Sequence record: NC_054915.1
Strand: one strand, 5' to 3'
Source: Escherichia phage vB_EcoM_G8
DNA length: 64,000 nt
This document shows, piece after piece, positions 9,850-20,233 of the stretch. The first letter of the stretch is position 1. Every line of letters begins with the position of its first letter. Below the pieces are notes generated by a model. The model was given only the letters and a program-made list of their open reading frames with translations, made no database searches and was not told the DNA's origin. Both the position numbers and the translations under genes were made by a program.

Positions 9850-11125
9850 TGATGCTTAACCCTATGCATGATTTCTTTATTTTTACCGAGATTAAATCCG
9901 CGTTCGTTCGGGTTTCCAAGATATCCGCATGTTCTTCTTATTGTGTTCATCTTTTTAGGATCAGTTTCTCCACAAATAGAACAAACAAATCCGTTTTCAG
10001 TAGGAGTCATTTCATGGGTACTTCCGCATGTAAAACATTTATCTACCGGCATGTTAACACCAAAATAATCTAAATGTTGTGCAGCATAATCCCACACAGC
10101 CTCAAGACCTTTTAAGTTATTTTTCATATCAGGAAGTTCAACATAAGAAATGTGACCACCTGTCGCAATGAAATGATATGGCGCTTCACGAGAAATCTTT
10201 TCAAACGGAGTAATATTTTCTTCTACTGAAACATGGAAACTGTTAGTGTACCAGCCTTTATCGGTAACATCTTTTACACTTCCATATTTTTCTGTATCGA
10301 GTTTACAGAAGCGATAACAAAGGTTTTCAGCAGGAGTAGAATATAAACTAAAAGCAAATCCGGTTCTTTCAGTCCACTGTTTAAGATGAGCATTCATTTT
10401 AGTTAAAATTTCTCGTCCAATACCACGACCAACAAGAATATTCAATTCGTGAATACCTATGTATCCTAGGGACACTGAACTTCTACCGTTTTTAAATAAC
10501 TCAATTATATCGTCATCAGGTTTAAGACGAACCCCGAATGCACCTTCTTGGTAAAGAATAGGAGCAACAGTCGCTTTAACTCCTTTTAAGGAATTGATTC
10601 TACACATCAATGCTTCAAAACATAAATCCATTCGTTCATTGAACAATTCGGCAAATTTCTGTTCATTGAACTGTGTTCCAATATAAGAATCTAACGCAAT
10701 ACGAGGAAGATTCAATGTTACAACGCCAAGATTATTACGTCCATCAAGAATTTCATTACCAGTCGAATCTTTCCATACGCTCAAGAAACTACGGCAACCC
10801 ATTGGAGAAACAGGAATAGATGAACCAGTGATAGCTTTATTATTCTTAGCTGAAATAATATCAGGATACATTCTTTTGCTTGCACACTCTAGAGCAAGCT
10901 GCTTAATATCATAGTTCGGATCGTCTTTATAAAGATTAACACCTTCTTCAACGAACATAACAAGTTTAGGGAAAATAGGAGTTATCCCGTCACGACCAAG
11001 ACCTTTAATACGATTTTTCAGAATTGCTTTCTGAATCATTCGTTCAGTCCAGTCAGTTCCCGTACCAAATGTAATTGTTACAAAAGGTGTTTGCCCGTTT
11101 GAACTGAATAACGTGTTCACTTCAT
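9846..11125 (-). CDS. nrdD: Anaerobic ribonucleotide reductase NrdD, exon 2
   Basis: C-terminal glycyl-radical motif RRTCGYLG and Cys cluster; splice junction derived by hand: joining 12159 to 11125 restores the frame and gives a 605-aa product. Confidence 0.85.
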
Positions 11126-11146
11126 CAATGTGTTCAGTAGAGTTCG

Positions 11147-11923
11147 CTACTTCTCTACCCGTTTATATGAAACAATGTAATTTGGATAATTGTCATCTAA
11201 ACACAAATCTTTAATACGACTTGGGTGGAGTTTTAAATCTTTAGCAGCATCCACAAATGATTTATAGATATTGTCATTTATTTTAACATATTCTGGGACG
11301 GGATGAATTGTTATTTTTATATCTATAACATTTGGATGATTACTAACCTGTTCTTCAGAGCATTTAAGAAATTTTGCAGCTGATTTAAAACTTCTAAATT
11401 TATTTCCGGATTTTAAAGCTATAGAAACAGTCTTTTTAGCCGTTCTACTACCAATATTATTTTTAACATGAGCTTCACTTCTACTATTATTTTTATAATG
11501 CTCAATCAATTTCTCTCGTATCTTATCTTTATGTTTTAAAGATAAGATTTTACCTTTATGGGCATTACTAAGTTTTTGCTTATGTTCTTCTGAATCCGGA
11601 TATTTGTTAAATTTATATCCACCTATAGATTTATTAAGAATAAATTCGTTATTAAAATATTTCCTAATAAGCATTTCTTCATGTTTAAGGGCCGATTCAT
11701 AAGAATCAAAAACTTGAAGAATTATCCACTTAGCTTTATAATCTTTAAGCTTTTCTTTAACAAGCTTAGATGACGAATTGTATTCTTTCCAATTTGTATC
11801 TTTACCATATATAGTTTTGAATTTTTTAAAACCTATATAAAAAGACTTATCAGGAAATCTTACCATATAGGTAAATGCTACAGAATTGGCAAGTTTTAAG
11901 CTTTTTCTTAATTTCCATTTCAT
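11147..11923 (-). CDS. I-TevII: Intron-encoded homing endonuclease, I-TevII-like
   Basis: 258 aa ORF in the 3-prime part of the intron; N-terminal GIY-YIG-like FYIGFKK...NSS; length matches recalled I-TevII. Confidence 0.75.
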   Translation of the reverse strand: MKWKLRKSLKLANSVAFTYMVRFPDKSFYIGFKKFKTIYGKDTNWKEYNSSSKLVKEKLKDYKAKWIILQVFDSYESALKHEEMLIRKYFNNEFILNKSIGGYKFNKYPDSEEHKQKLSNAHKGKILSLKHKDKIREKLIEHYKNNSRSEAHVKNNIGSRTAKKTVSIALKSGNKFRSFKSAAKFLKCSEEQVSNHPNVIDIKITIHPVPEYVKINDNIYKSFVDAAKDLKLHPSRIKDLCLDDNYPNYIVSYKRVEK

Positions 11924-11930
11924 CGTTTCA

Positions 11931-11955
11931 CCTCGTATTCATATTTATACGAGGA
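11931..11955 (-). promoter_or_regulatory. Hairpin enclosing a late promoter and occluding the I-TevII ribosome-binding site
   Basis: Minus strand CCUCGUA-UAAAUAUGAA-UACGAGG; TATAAATA spans stem/loop; 3-prime stem strand contains the GAGG Shine-Dalgarno just upstream of ATG 11923. Confidence 0.6.
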
Positions 11956-12158
11956 TAAACAGCTGCATGTCACCATGCAGTTCAGACTATATCTTCAACT
12001 CTTAGAGTTGTCTGCCGTTTCGGGTCGCTTGACCCTACTCCCTTACATTCATCAGGGATAGTCGTTGGGCATTTACAGCTACTGCTGATTTAGCAACGGA
12101 TTGTCTCAGTGAGAGTTTCCCGTTTTAGGCAGATTTTACATGAGCTTGACTTACGTTA

Positions 12159-12696
12159 ACTCATAAGCTTGGAATGCATCGTATACGTCTTTTTCTGTTT
12201 TAGATTGAGCATAATTCAACGCATCAGCGATTTGCCATTTTTCTGCATCCTCAATATGTTTTGCATAGGTGCGTTTAACATAAGGAGAAAGTACTTTATC
12301 TACATTCGCAAATGTAGTTCCGCCATACTGGTGTGAAGCAACTTGTGCAGTAATTTGTGCCATAATTGCAGTAGCAACACCAATCGATTTAGGCGTTTCA
12401 ATTTGAGCATTGCCTAATTTAAATCCGTTCTCAAGCATCCCCTTTAAATCGACTAAACAGCAATTAGTAAAAGGCAATGATATACTGTAATCTAAATCAT
12501 GAAAATGAATTAATCCAACATTATGGGCATTTACAATATGACTTGGAAGAATACGACAAGCGATATGTTTAGAAACAATACCGGCCATTAAATCTCTTTT
12601 TGTTGGAAAGACGCGAGAATCTTTGTTGGCGTTTTCTGTATTTAATTCTTTATCTTTATTTGAAATAAAATTTAAAACATCTTTTTCTAAAGACAT
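12159..12696 (-). CDS. nrdD: Anaerobic ribonucleotide reductase NrdD, exon 1
   Basis: N-terminal ATP-cone-like region; frame ends at intron stop TAA 12151-12153; exon end set by P1 pairing. Confidence 0.85.
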
Positions 12697-13508
12697 AATT
12701 CTAATTTATCCTTTTGAAATTCTTCGTCTAAATATGGGTTCCAACCCATTTTAAACCTTTTGATGAAATTATCAATTCTAAATTTCGGTAAGTTTAAATC
12801 CACAAAAATAGATGATTTACTTTTAAAATCTGGACTTAAATAATCATATAAAATTTCTGCGTATTTTAACCATAATATACAAGTACCAGATTTAATTGCT
12901 CTCGGAGTTTTCCAAGGTTTTACACCATACATCGGATTTCCACTTCCTTTATGCCTGATAGAAGATGAAATTCCAATTTTAATTTTAGCTTCCTTTGTAT
13001 GCGAAAATCCACGATGTGGATTTTCTTTCCAGTATTTTTTAGAAGCTTCTGATATTTTCTTTCTGGCTAAATTAGTATGATGCTTTCCATAAAATCCATG
13101 ATTTTTGCCTTTATTACGATTTCTTTTAATCATGGTTATTGATTGCTTTTCTCTAGTTTCTTTAGAAGGAGAAACACCGTACGTTGTAAATTGACCATCA
13201 GCATATGCTAAATTAAAATACTCTTTATTCCATATATCTTTTTCTATATTCTTTTGAAATTCAGCTTCAATGCTAGTTATTTGCTCATCTCCGACTAATT
13301 GAAAATATAATATTTCAACTTTCGGCGTTTCTTTCAACAGGGCTTTTTGAAATTCGGAAGATGACGAAGACGAATAATAAAATTTACCATTTTTATCAAT
13401 AATATTCGTTCCGTCAAAAGTGCAATTAGTTTTACTTCCAATGTAATAATATGGCGGGGTTTTAGCATTAATTCTATTAATAAATGATAGTTTATATACT
13501 ACATTCAT
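12687..13508 (-). CDS. GIY-YIG homing endonuclease-like protein (Seg-type)
   Basis: 273 aa; N-terminal YYYIGSK...; NUMOD3-like repeats (GKNHGFYGKHHT, GSGNPMYGVKPW); ATG overlaps the gene 49 stop as ATGA. Confidence 0.7.
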   Translation of the reverse strand: MNVVYKLSFINRINAKTPPYYYIGSKTNCTFDGTNIIDKNGKFYYSSSSSSEFQKALLKETPKVEILYFQLVGDEQITSIEAEFQKNIEKDIWNKEYFNLAYADGQFTTYGVSPSKETREKQSITMIKRNRNKGKNHGFYGKHHTNLARKKISEASKKYWKENPHRGFSHTKEAKIKIGISSSIRHKGSGNPMYGVKPWKTPRAIKSGTCILWLKYAEILYDYLSPDFKSKSSIFVDLNLPKFRIDNFIKRFKMGWNPYLDEEFQKDKLELCL

Positions 13509-13978
13509 TTTAAACTCTTTCTAAGCTGCTTCTTGAATGAAGCTATTAATTGTGTTTTGGTGTCAGATTCATTATATTCAAATCCTCTTTGAAGCATCTC
13601 GGCCATCATTTCCTCTTTTCCTAAACGAGAAAATTCCTTTGATTTATCTCCAACGAAGTTAGGGTGAATATTATTTTGGGTGTAATCGGATTTTAAATAA
13701 GTAAGTAAATTTTCTAACCATTCAAGATAATCAACACCTTGCCCCTTTAAGCCAGAACGATTAAATTTATGTTTCATTTGACCTTCTGCGGCATTGCAGA
13801 GATTACAAAGCAATCCACGTACCTTTCCTGCTTTTGGTCCATTTAATTCATGGTCATGGTCGAGGTGATTAGCTTGAACATCAGGATTTAGTTCTCGTTG
13901 GCAAATTAAGCATTTACCATTTTGTGCATCATAAAATTTCTGTTTTTCTTCTTTATATAATTTGCCAGTCAATAACAT
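13505..13978 (-). CDS. 49: Endonuclease VII (Holliday junction resolvase)
   Basis: 157 aa; zinc-binding CLICQ...CNLCN; matches recalled T4 gp49. Confidence 0.95.
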   Translation of the reverse strand: MLLTGKLYKEEKQKFYDAQNGKCLICQRELNPDVQANHLDHDHELNGPKAGKVRGLLCNLCNAAEGQMKHKFNRSGLKGQGVDYLEWLENLLTYLKSDYTQNNIHPNFVGDKSKEFSRLGKEEMMAEMLQRGFEYNESDTKTQLIASFKKQLRKSLK

Positions 13979-14019
13979 AATAAACCCTTACCTTAAATAG
14001 ATAAGGGTATTTATTATTT

Positions 14020-14523
14020 TCAAGTATTGTAAAACATTTGATTCAATCGCTTATATTGCCGAATCTTTTGGTCAGAAAAAGAAATTTGAGTTTCAAGCCA
14101 TTCAATATATTCTGCCGCAGCTTGCATCAAATTTCCTTCATAGCCATCGTTATTTTCTTGTGCAGCTAATTTAGCTAATGCGTATGAAATACGTTCACCT
14201 TGAAAATCGGCTTTAGGTTTATGAATAGCTTGATCAACTCGTTCTACAACTTCTTCAATTTCGCCATTTTCGACTGATTCAGTATTCCACAAACACCAAT
14301 ACGTAATTAGCTTATCGTAGATGTTAATAATCTTTCCATCAGAAAGTTCAATTTCAATAATTCCAGTATCAGGTTCTATATCATCTTCACATTCTTTTAC
14401 AAGTTCACGAACTTTAAAGACAGTACCTGCACTAAGTTCCGGCCAGTAATTACATAGCTCTTTATCAGCACGATTAATTCTAAACCACTTATCTACTGTA
14501 ATCATGTCCCATCTCCATATCAA
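14020..14523 (-). CDS. Hypothetical acidic protein
   Basis: Minus-strand ORF 167 aa between 49 and nrdC. Confidence 0.5.
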   Translation of the reverse strand: MIWRWDMITVDKWFRINRADKELCNYWPELSAGTVFKVRELVKECEDDIEPDTGIIEIELSDGKIINIYDKLITYWCLWNTESVENGEIEEVVERVDQAIHKPKADFQGERISYALAKLAAQENNDGYEGNLMQAAAEYIEWLETQISFSDQKIRQYKRLNQMFYNT

Positions 14524-14627
14524 TTAAGTCATTTATCGTTGGTTCATTATATACTGTTTCTTCATCAGTGTAAACCGGTTCTTCCGGCTCTGGCTCTACA
14601 GTTTCCCATCTAGCCGCCCACCAAGGT

Positions 14628-14837
14628 TTAACCCCGAAGCTTATTAAGTTCTTCATAATCAATCCAGGATTCTAATCCTGATGGCAAATCAGATTCAATT
14701 TCCCAAAGAAGTTCTTCAATTTTATGAAGACGATCTAGTTCTTCAGCAGGAATAGTAACCACTGACGGAGCTCTTGCTACATTAATATCGTAAATCATAT
14801 TTACCCCAGTTTGACCATACAATCGCCGTATTTCCAC
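14628..14837 (-). CDS. Hypothetical protein
   Basis: Minus-strand ORF 69 aa. Confidence 0.4.
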   Translation of the reverse strand: MEIRRLYGQTGVNMIYDINVARAPSVVTIPAEELDRLHKIEELLWEIESDLPSGLESWIDYEELNKLRG

Positions 14838-15016
14838 TTAGAAATAGACTTTTCACCATTAGAATAATAAACTTCAAGTTTAGCACGATTATTTTTAATT
14901 TGAATAACCTTTGCTGTCATCAAAGTTCCATACCCATAATAAACTGCAACTTCATCACCTACATATACCGCGCTTCCGCGGTAGTCATGGATATAATCAG
15001 TTCCTTCAAGCATCAT
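14801..15016 (-). CDS. Hypothetical protein
   Basis: Minus-strand ORF 71 aa; 4-nt overlap with nrdC stop. Confidence 0.4.
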   Translation of the reverse strand: MMLEGTDYIHDYRGSAVYVGDEVAVYYGYGTLMTAKVIQIKNNRAKLEVYYSNGEKSISKWKYGDCMVKLG

Positions 15017-15276
15017 TTAAAGTATTCCCGCAATTGGTCAAATCCACCAATATGACTTCCATCAGGAGCAAATACCTGAGGCATTGTTAAGCCGATTTGA
15101 GTATCACGACCTAGTTTAGTCAGAAGCTCAGCAATTTTCTCATCATCAAAAACACCTTTTTCCGGCATAATGTTGATAAATTCAAACGGTTGTTTCTTCA
15201 CTGTCAAAAGACGTTTTGCATTATCGCAATACACGCATTTGTGGATGTTGCTATCATAACCATATACTTTAAACAT
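15013..15276 (-). CDS. nrdC: Thioredoxin/glutaredoxin (NrdC)
   Basis: 87 aa; CVYC redox motif; identical to my recollection of T4 NrdC. Confidence 0.95.
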   Translation of the reverse strand: MFKVYGYDSNIHKCVYCDNAKRLLTVKKQPFEFINIMPEKGVFDDEKIAELLTKLGRDTQIGLTMPQVFAPDGSHIGGFDQLREYFK

Positions 15277-15277
15277 A

Positions 15278-15535
15278 TTATTCCTTAATTCCTAGTACTT
15301 GTTTAAAAGTCTCGTCGTAATCAAGACTTTGGCCCGTTTGTTCTTTATGTTTGTATATAATATCACTTACTTCCGATAGCATATTTTTATATGAACGAGT
15401 TAAAGCTGATTTAAGCACGCTGTATCTATCAGGAAATTTACCGTGTTCATTATAATAAGCTATTGCTAATTCACGGACTGCCTTTTCAGCAGTCTCCATA
15501 TATTCTTTACGCTTTGTCATTTTCTTCTCGGTCAA
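15278..15535 (-). CDS. Hypothetical protein
   Basis: Minus-strand ORF 85 aa. Confidence 0.45.
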
Positions 15536-15803
15536 ATCGGTGTTTACAATGGCGACATTTATAACGAAGATTACTAGTCTGCCAATGAACTAATTGTACC
15601 TGTTCAGTACCGCATTCAGGACAATTAGGAACGTTTTTAGAAGCCCTTTCGCGACGTTTAACCATAGCCATAATGGCATCCCATGCTGGAGGTTTAAAAT
15701 CTAAATCGTCAGTAACTAGCAGTCCTTTATCAAACCCAACGCATGGAGTCCATTCAGGAAAATCTGAAGCTTCGGCAATATCTTCTAATAGACGCTTTTT
15801 CAT
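15507..15803 (-). CDS. Zinc-ribbon protein
   Basis: 98 aa; CPECG...CRHCKH four-Cys ribbon. Confidence 0.5.
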
Positions 15804-16729
15804 TTCAATACCTCAATAGCATTGCGTAAACCATTTGCTTTTGCATTAAGAGCTTTTAACAATTTGGTGTGTTCTGCAATTTGGGCTTCAACTTCAATCA
15901 AACGAGCATTGAGATATTCGCGTTCTTCACTCAGATTATCAGCCTTTTCTGCTTTAGGTTCTTTTACAACTTGCTTATATGTATTAGGGTTCTTCAGTTT
16001 AATTAGAATGCGTGAACTGTATAACATTGAACCATTATCTTCGGTTTCGTCATACATTTCCACTACGTCCATCATCTCCACCATCGTGCAGAGTTTATAA
16101 GACAACGAACGAATAATTTTGTTGTGCTTATTAATTTCTCTAGCTGTCATGGTGCCGAGATTACGTGAGTAATAATAAGGAACCTGGATATTAATTAATA
16201 CTGATGAACCACCTGGCTTGTGTGTTACTTCATCAGCAATAACCCAATCCTTAACATGAACTGTATTTGTACGGTCATCGCCCGCGGTAAATAGTTTACG
16301 AGCATGCTTAAAAAGCATATTCACTTGGTCATTGAATTGACAAGCGAATTTATCAGCAAATTTAGTTTCGGGAATGGTAGATAACCAATCAGCCAAATGG
16401 GTCTTTTTAACATCGTTAACAATAGTAAATTCAACCAAATCGGTTATAGATGTCTCAGATTTAATGAAGCTCGGCTTCATAAAGTTTTTAATGTTATCAC
16501 TAGCTACAGTAGAAGATAACAGACGAGAACGTTTAAACCATTGAAGCAAATTGCCTAACGAATGAGAATAAGCGTTTTGAGTATCTTTACAGATATGATT
16601 TTCCTGGCCAACATATTGAAGGAAATCACGAAGAATATTATTGATTACTGCCCTGTGTCCTATCTGATAATTACGATGTTTAGTAATAAGACTGTCAAAA
16701 TAATCAATATAATGTTTACGAGTTTTCAT
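15800..16729 (-). CDS. Hypothetical protein with C-terminal coiled coil
   Basis: 309 aa; C-terminal heptad-rich helix ([42 protein letters not shown]). Confidence 0.5.
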   Translation of the reverse strand: MKTRKHYIDYFDSLITKHRNYQIGHRAVINNILRDFLQYVGQENHICKDTQNAYSHSLGNLLQWFKRSRLLSSTVASDNIKNFMKPSFIKSETSITDLVEFTIVNDVKKTHLADWLSTIPETKFADKFACQFNDQVNMLFKHARKLFTAGDDRTNTVHVKDWVIADEVTHKPGGSSVLINIQVPYYYSRNLGTMTAREINKHNKIIRSLSYKLCTMVEMMDVVEMYDETEDNGSMLYSSRILIKLKNPNTYKQVVKEPKAEKADNLSEEREYLNARLIEVEAQIAEHTKLLKALNAKANGLRNAIEVLK

Positions 16730-16781
16730 GTTCTTCTCACTTTGTTAATGATTTGTACTCCGAGCTATCCTTGGCTTTAAA

Positions 16782-17258
16782 TTACTTAATTAACTGTAAA
16801 GCTTGTTCTAGACGATCAAGACGATTAACGGATTCTTCCCAAATCTTTTTAGCCTGCTCATATTCTTTCTGCGCTTTATTAGAAATTTCTAGAACTTCCT
16901 TATAAGCTTTTTCTAATGCAATAACTTCTGGACGAATTTCTACCGGTTCAGGTGAATCATCAAGACATTCCATTAGTTCCTCAAGGGTAGTTTCTTCTTT
17001 AGGAGTATTCACAATTTCATCACATTTTTGTTGGTAAATTTCTTTATCAGTAGGTGAATAAGCACATTTCACTTCACGAAGACTAATTACAATTTTATAT
17101 CCTTCCCAACCGCATATATTCTTAAAAGGATAAGTATGAATATTTTCTACTGTTTCCATACAAAGTAATGCGGTCTCTAATTGACGAGTTATAGTGCTAG
17201 CAATTGAGAAAAATTTATTAATGTTCTTTTGGTTAGCTTCTGGTGTAAAAAAATCCAT
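16782..17258 (-). CDS. Hypothetical acidic protein
   Basis: Minus-strand ORF 158 aa. Confidence 0.45.
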   Translation of the reverse strand: MDFFTPEANQKNINKFFSIASTITRQLETALLCMETVENIHTYPFKNICGWEGYKIVISLREVKCAYSPTDKEIYQQKCDEIVNTPKEETTLEELMECLDDSPEPVEIRPEVIALEKAYKEVLEISNKAQKEYEQAKKIWEESVNRLDRLEQALQLIK

Positions 17259-17835
17259 AATTCACAAAAATAGATACTTTATTTTTATCAAGTTCATATT
17301 CTTTTATGATAATCATATCAGAAGCCAAAGGATGAATTTGACGATAATCGCCATAACATAATTTAGAAGCTGATTTTAGAATTTGTCCTTTGAAAAGTCT
17401 GAAATTACTAATCCAACGACGAGTAAAAACATTCTCAGGGTCTTCTTTGACATTAAGATGATAAGAATTAACATCACCGAACCAATTATATCCTACTACA
17501 TCTTTGGTTCGTTTAATTTCTTTCCCAAAATTACCAAGAATATCCCGATTAACCAAATATGAAAGAAGACGAGACTCTTTAAAGGTTTTCTTGATAACAT
17601 CTTTATCTACACGGCTAGAAATTTTACGAATTTCATGAATAAATTTAGTAGAAGAAACAATACTTGCATCAACACTATTGAGCCATTGATTTATAATAGA
17701 AAGAACGATATTTTGACCAAACATCGGTATAGCTTTATCATCAATAACGCTATTGAATGATTTGATATATTCGTTACGAGTCATAATAATCTCCTCAGTA
17801 GAAAGTAAAAACATTATACCACATCCTTGTGGCAA
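17233..17835 (-). CDS. Hypothetical protein
   Basis: Minus-strand ORF 200 aa; true start probably an internal ATG. Confidence 0.45.
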   Translation of the reverse strand: MPQGCGIMFLLSTEEIIMTRNEYIKSFNSVIDDKAIPMFGQNIVLSIINQWLNSVDASIVSSTKFIHEIRKISSRVDKDVIKKTFKESRLLSYLVNRDILGNFGKEIKRTKDVVGYNWFGDVNSYHLNVKEDPENVFTRRWISNFRLFKGQILKSASKLCYGDYRQIHPLASDMIIIKEYELDKNKVSIFVNYGFFYTRS

Positions 17836-17841
17836 AGTAAA

Positions 17842-18867
17842 CTAGTTCAGTGCATTTAGTGCATTGTTCAGTTTAGAACGTTGCTTTGTCAGATTTTGAA
17901 CCCTTGACTGAGCTTGTTCTAACGCCTTTTCAGCTTCTAGCACTTCATTGGTCGCTTTAACGAGTTCATCATCTACTGCCTTAAGAGACTTCTCAATCGC
18001 GTCAGCGTGCCATTTTTCTACAGGTTTAAAATTTGAATTTTCAGTAGGAAGAAAATTCACTTTATTGAATTTCCATGCATCCTTATTACCTGAACTATAC
18101 ATCCAAAATTTAGGATCGTTTGATAAGTAATTGGATAAATTTAAATTTAAGTTATCTTGTACTTCTTGCTTTTTCTCTTGCGGGACTTCGTCCTTTCTCA
18201 AAAAATCGTATTTAAATGAAACGATCATATCAAGTTCATATGATGTTGTATCTAACTTAAATCGTTCAAAACGATGTAAAATCTTAGATTGAACAGCAGC
18301 AACAACATCCATATACTTAAATGCTTCTGTCAACTGTGATTTAAGGCATTCACAAATTGAAAGAGAATTTTTTGTATTAGGTTTAAAGCTAATTTGTGCA
18401 GTTCTATTATTTTCTTTAGATGGTCTTACTTCCATCTGAAGAGTATAACCATCAAATTTCAGATTCTTTAAGTTAATATCAGAACCTTTTAATCGACTAG
18501 CAGTAGACAAAATTTGCTTTAATTGTTTACGGAATAGAGCAATAAATCTCCATTCAAGACGATAATGATTTGGATTAAAAAATCCTGTTGATAAATCGAC
18601 CTTACTCTGACCAACGCCTTGAACAAATAGAGGATTTTTATAATCAATAGTTTTACAGAAATCGGTGAGCTGCTCACGAGCAGTCATTTGTGTAATATAT
18701 CCCGCTTTACTAAAATGACGTAACCATTCACTGCTATTCATATACTTAAAGTGAATGGAACTATTAACTCTATCAGGGTCTAAATTATTTTCACACAAAA
18801 ATGTCATAACATTACGGGTATAGCTGGCATTACGAACCATATCTTCAATTTGAGAACGAGTTTTCAT
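17842..18867 (-). CDS. Hypothetical protein with C-terminal coiled coil
   Basis: 341 aa; C-terminal coiled coil (ELVKATNEVLEAEKALEQAQSRVQNLTKQRSKLNNALNALN). Confidence 0.5.
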   Translation of the reverse strand: MKTRSQIEDMVRNASYTRNVMTFLCENNLDPDRVNSSIHFKYMNSSEWLRHFSKAGYITQMTAREQLTDFCKTIDYKNPLFVQGVGQSKVDLSTGFFNPNHYRLEWRFIALFRKQLKQILSTASRLKGSDINLKNLKFDGYTLQMEVRPSKENNRTAQISFKPNTKNSLSICECLKSQLTEAFKYMDVVAAVQSKILHRFERFKLDTTSYELDMIVSFKYDFLRKDEVPQEKKQEVQDNLNLNLSNYLSNDPKFWMYSSGNKDAWKFNKVNFLPTENSNFKPVEKWHADAIEKSLKAVDDELVKATNEVLEAEKALEQAQSRVQNLTKQRSKLNNALNALN

Positions 18868-18875
18868 GGTGTTCC

Positions 18876-19799
18876 TTAAGATTTAAGTAAATCAACAATT
18901 TTAATTAATTTTTCACGTTCAGATTTAGCTTTACTACTCAATCCAGATAGTCTGAAAATTTCATCGTCATATTGTTGAATAGAAATATTCAGCTCTTCAA
19001 TTTGCTTATTAAAATAATCAATTTGTTCAGAATGTTTTTCGTTACTACGAACTGGTGCAGGTTTTGTAGGCAATTTAGTTGAACTGGATTCATCCGGGCG
19101 ATAAATTAAAATACAACTTGAACCAATCGGACATTTAGCACCAGACACATATTCTAATGTTCCAGCTTCTTTTAAAATTTCAAAAGCTAAACAGAGATGA
19201 TGACCCATATTGGCATAATCTGTAGAGTGAGCTCTGACGTAATAATCATCTCCACGAGTGCTAAATTTAAAGCATTTAAGGTCTTCTGTATTATTGGTCT
19301 TAAAAATCATTTGTTTATCTAGACCTTTAGCCAATCGAGCGCCTAATGCTAATAATCGTCGTTGATTTTCCCACAAATCTGCGATCATTTGGTCAAATGA
19401 TAATTTTGGCATTAGTCGACCATAAAGGTCATATCCTTTATTATAATTGCGAAGAATTTCACTCGCGTTAATGCGAGACAACGCTCCAATTTTATTAAGG
19501 GCTTTCATGATGCGATTAGATAAAAGCATTCCAGATCCGTTTGTTCGTTGTAAATGTTTTTCTAATCCAAATCCAATATCAACTTTAAACTTATCTAAAA
19601 TTTCGGCGTGAACATCTTTATCAATAACATTTAAATTTAGTACTGGGTTAAATTTATGAAAAAATTTATCTGACTCGTCGCGTTGAAGTACAGTCCATTC
19701 ATTTGATTTTTTATTAACTAAAGATTTAATTACTGCATTGACATTATTAATTGCTACTGACATATTTTCCTCACTCAATTTCAATTTTACTAAATACAC
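18876..19799 (-). CDS. Hypothetical protein with C-terminal coiled coil
   Basis: 307 aa; C-terminal coiled coil. Confidence 0.5.
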   Translation of the reverse strand: MYLVKLKLSEENMSVAINNVNAVIKSLVNKKSNEWTVLQRDESDKFFHKFNPVLNLNVIDKDVHAEILDKFKVDIGFGLEKHLQRTNGSGMLLSNRIMKALNKIGALSRINASEILRNYNKGYDLYGRLMPKLSFDQMIADLWENQRRLLALGARLAKGLDKQMIFKTNNTEDLKCFKFSTRGDDYYVRAHSTDYANMGHHLCLAFEILKEAGTLEYVSGAKCPIGSSCILIYRPDESSSTKLPTKPAPVRSNEKHSEQIDYFNKQIEELNISIQQYDDEIFRLSGLSSKAKSEREKLIKIVDLLKS

Positions 19800-20178
19800 A
19801 GAATATGATGGAACAGACTATATAAGCACCACACACAGATTGAACTAATACCATTCCAAAGAACCAAATAATATTATCAAACAATGTCTGTTTTACGTCG
19901 AAAGGACGTAAACTTACAGTAATATTATCGCCTTTTTCTATTGAAGAATACATCTCTGGTGAAATATATTCACTAAATCTATAACCGTCATTTAGTTCAT
20001 ATACAGCAATAAACGATAAACTAGACCCCTTTCCTTGAGTTCCTGTAAGGGTATTAACTACAGTAACATCATAATCTTTATAATGCATATAATCATTAAT
20101 AGCATAATAACCATATGCAATTACTATACATAAACAACATATCAATAAATTCAATCTTTTAATTATCAACTGTTTCAT
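19771..20178 (-). CDS. Membrane protein
   Basis: 135 aa; N- and C-terminal hydrophobic helices. Confidence 0.45.
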   Translation of the reverse strand: MKQLIIKRLNLLICCLCIVIAYGYYAINDYMHYKDYDVTVVNTLTGTQGKGSSLSFIAVYELNDGYRFSEYISPEMYSSIEKGDNITVSLRPFDVKQTLFDNIIWFFGMVLVQSVCGAYIVCSIIFCVFSKIEIE

Positions 20179-20233
20179 AATAATCTCAATTAAAAGGGCT
20201 TAGAACCATTATACCATCCTTGGTATAAAGCGG

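Larger units (their letters stand above)
11126..12158 (-). mobile_element. Group I self-splicing intron in nrdD (1033 nt) carrying a homing endonuclease ORF
   Basis: Conserved group I core near the 5-prime end (CUAAAACGGGAAACUCUC...AGACAAUCCGUUGCUAAAU...GGGUCAAGCGACCCGAAACGG); P1 pairing AUGAGU/GCUCAU puts the 5-prime splice site after U at 12159; last intron base is G (11126). Confidence 0.8.
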
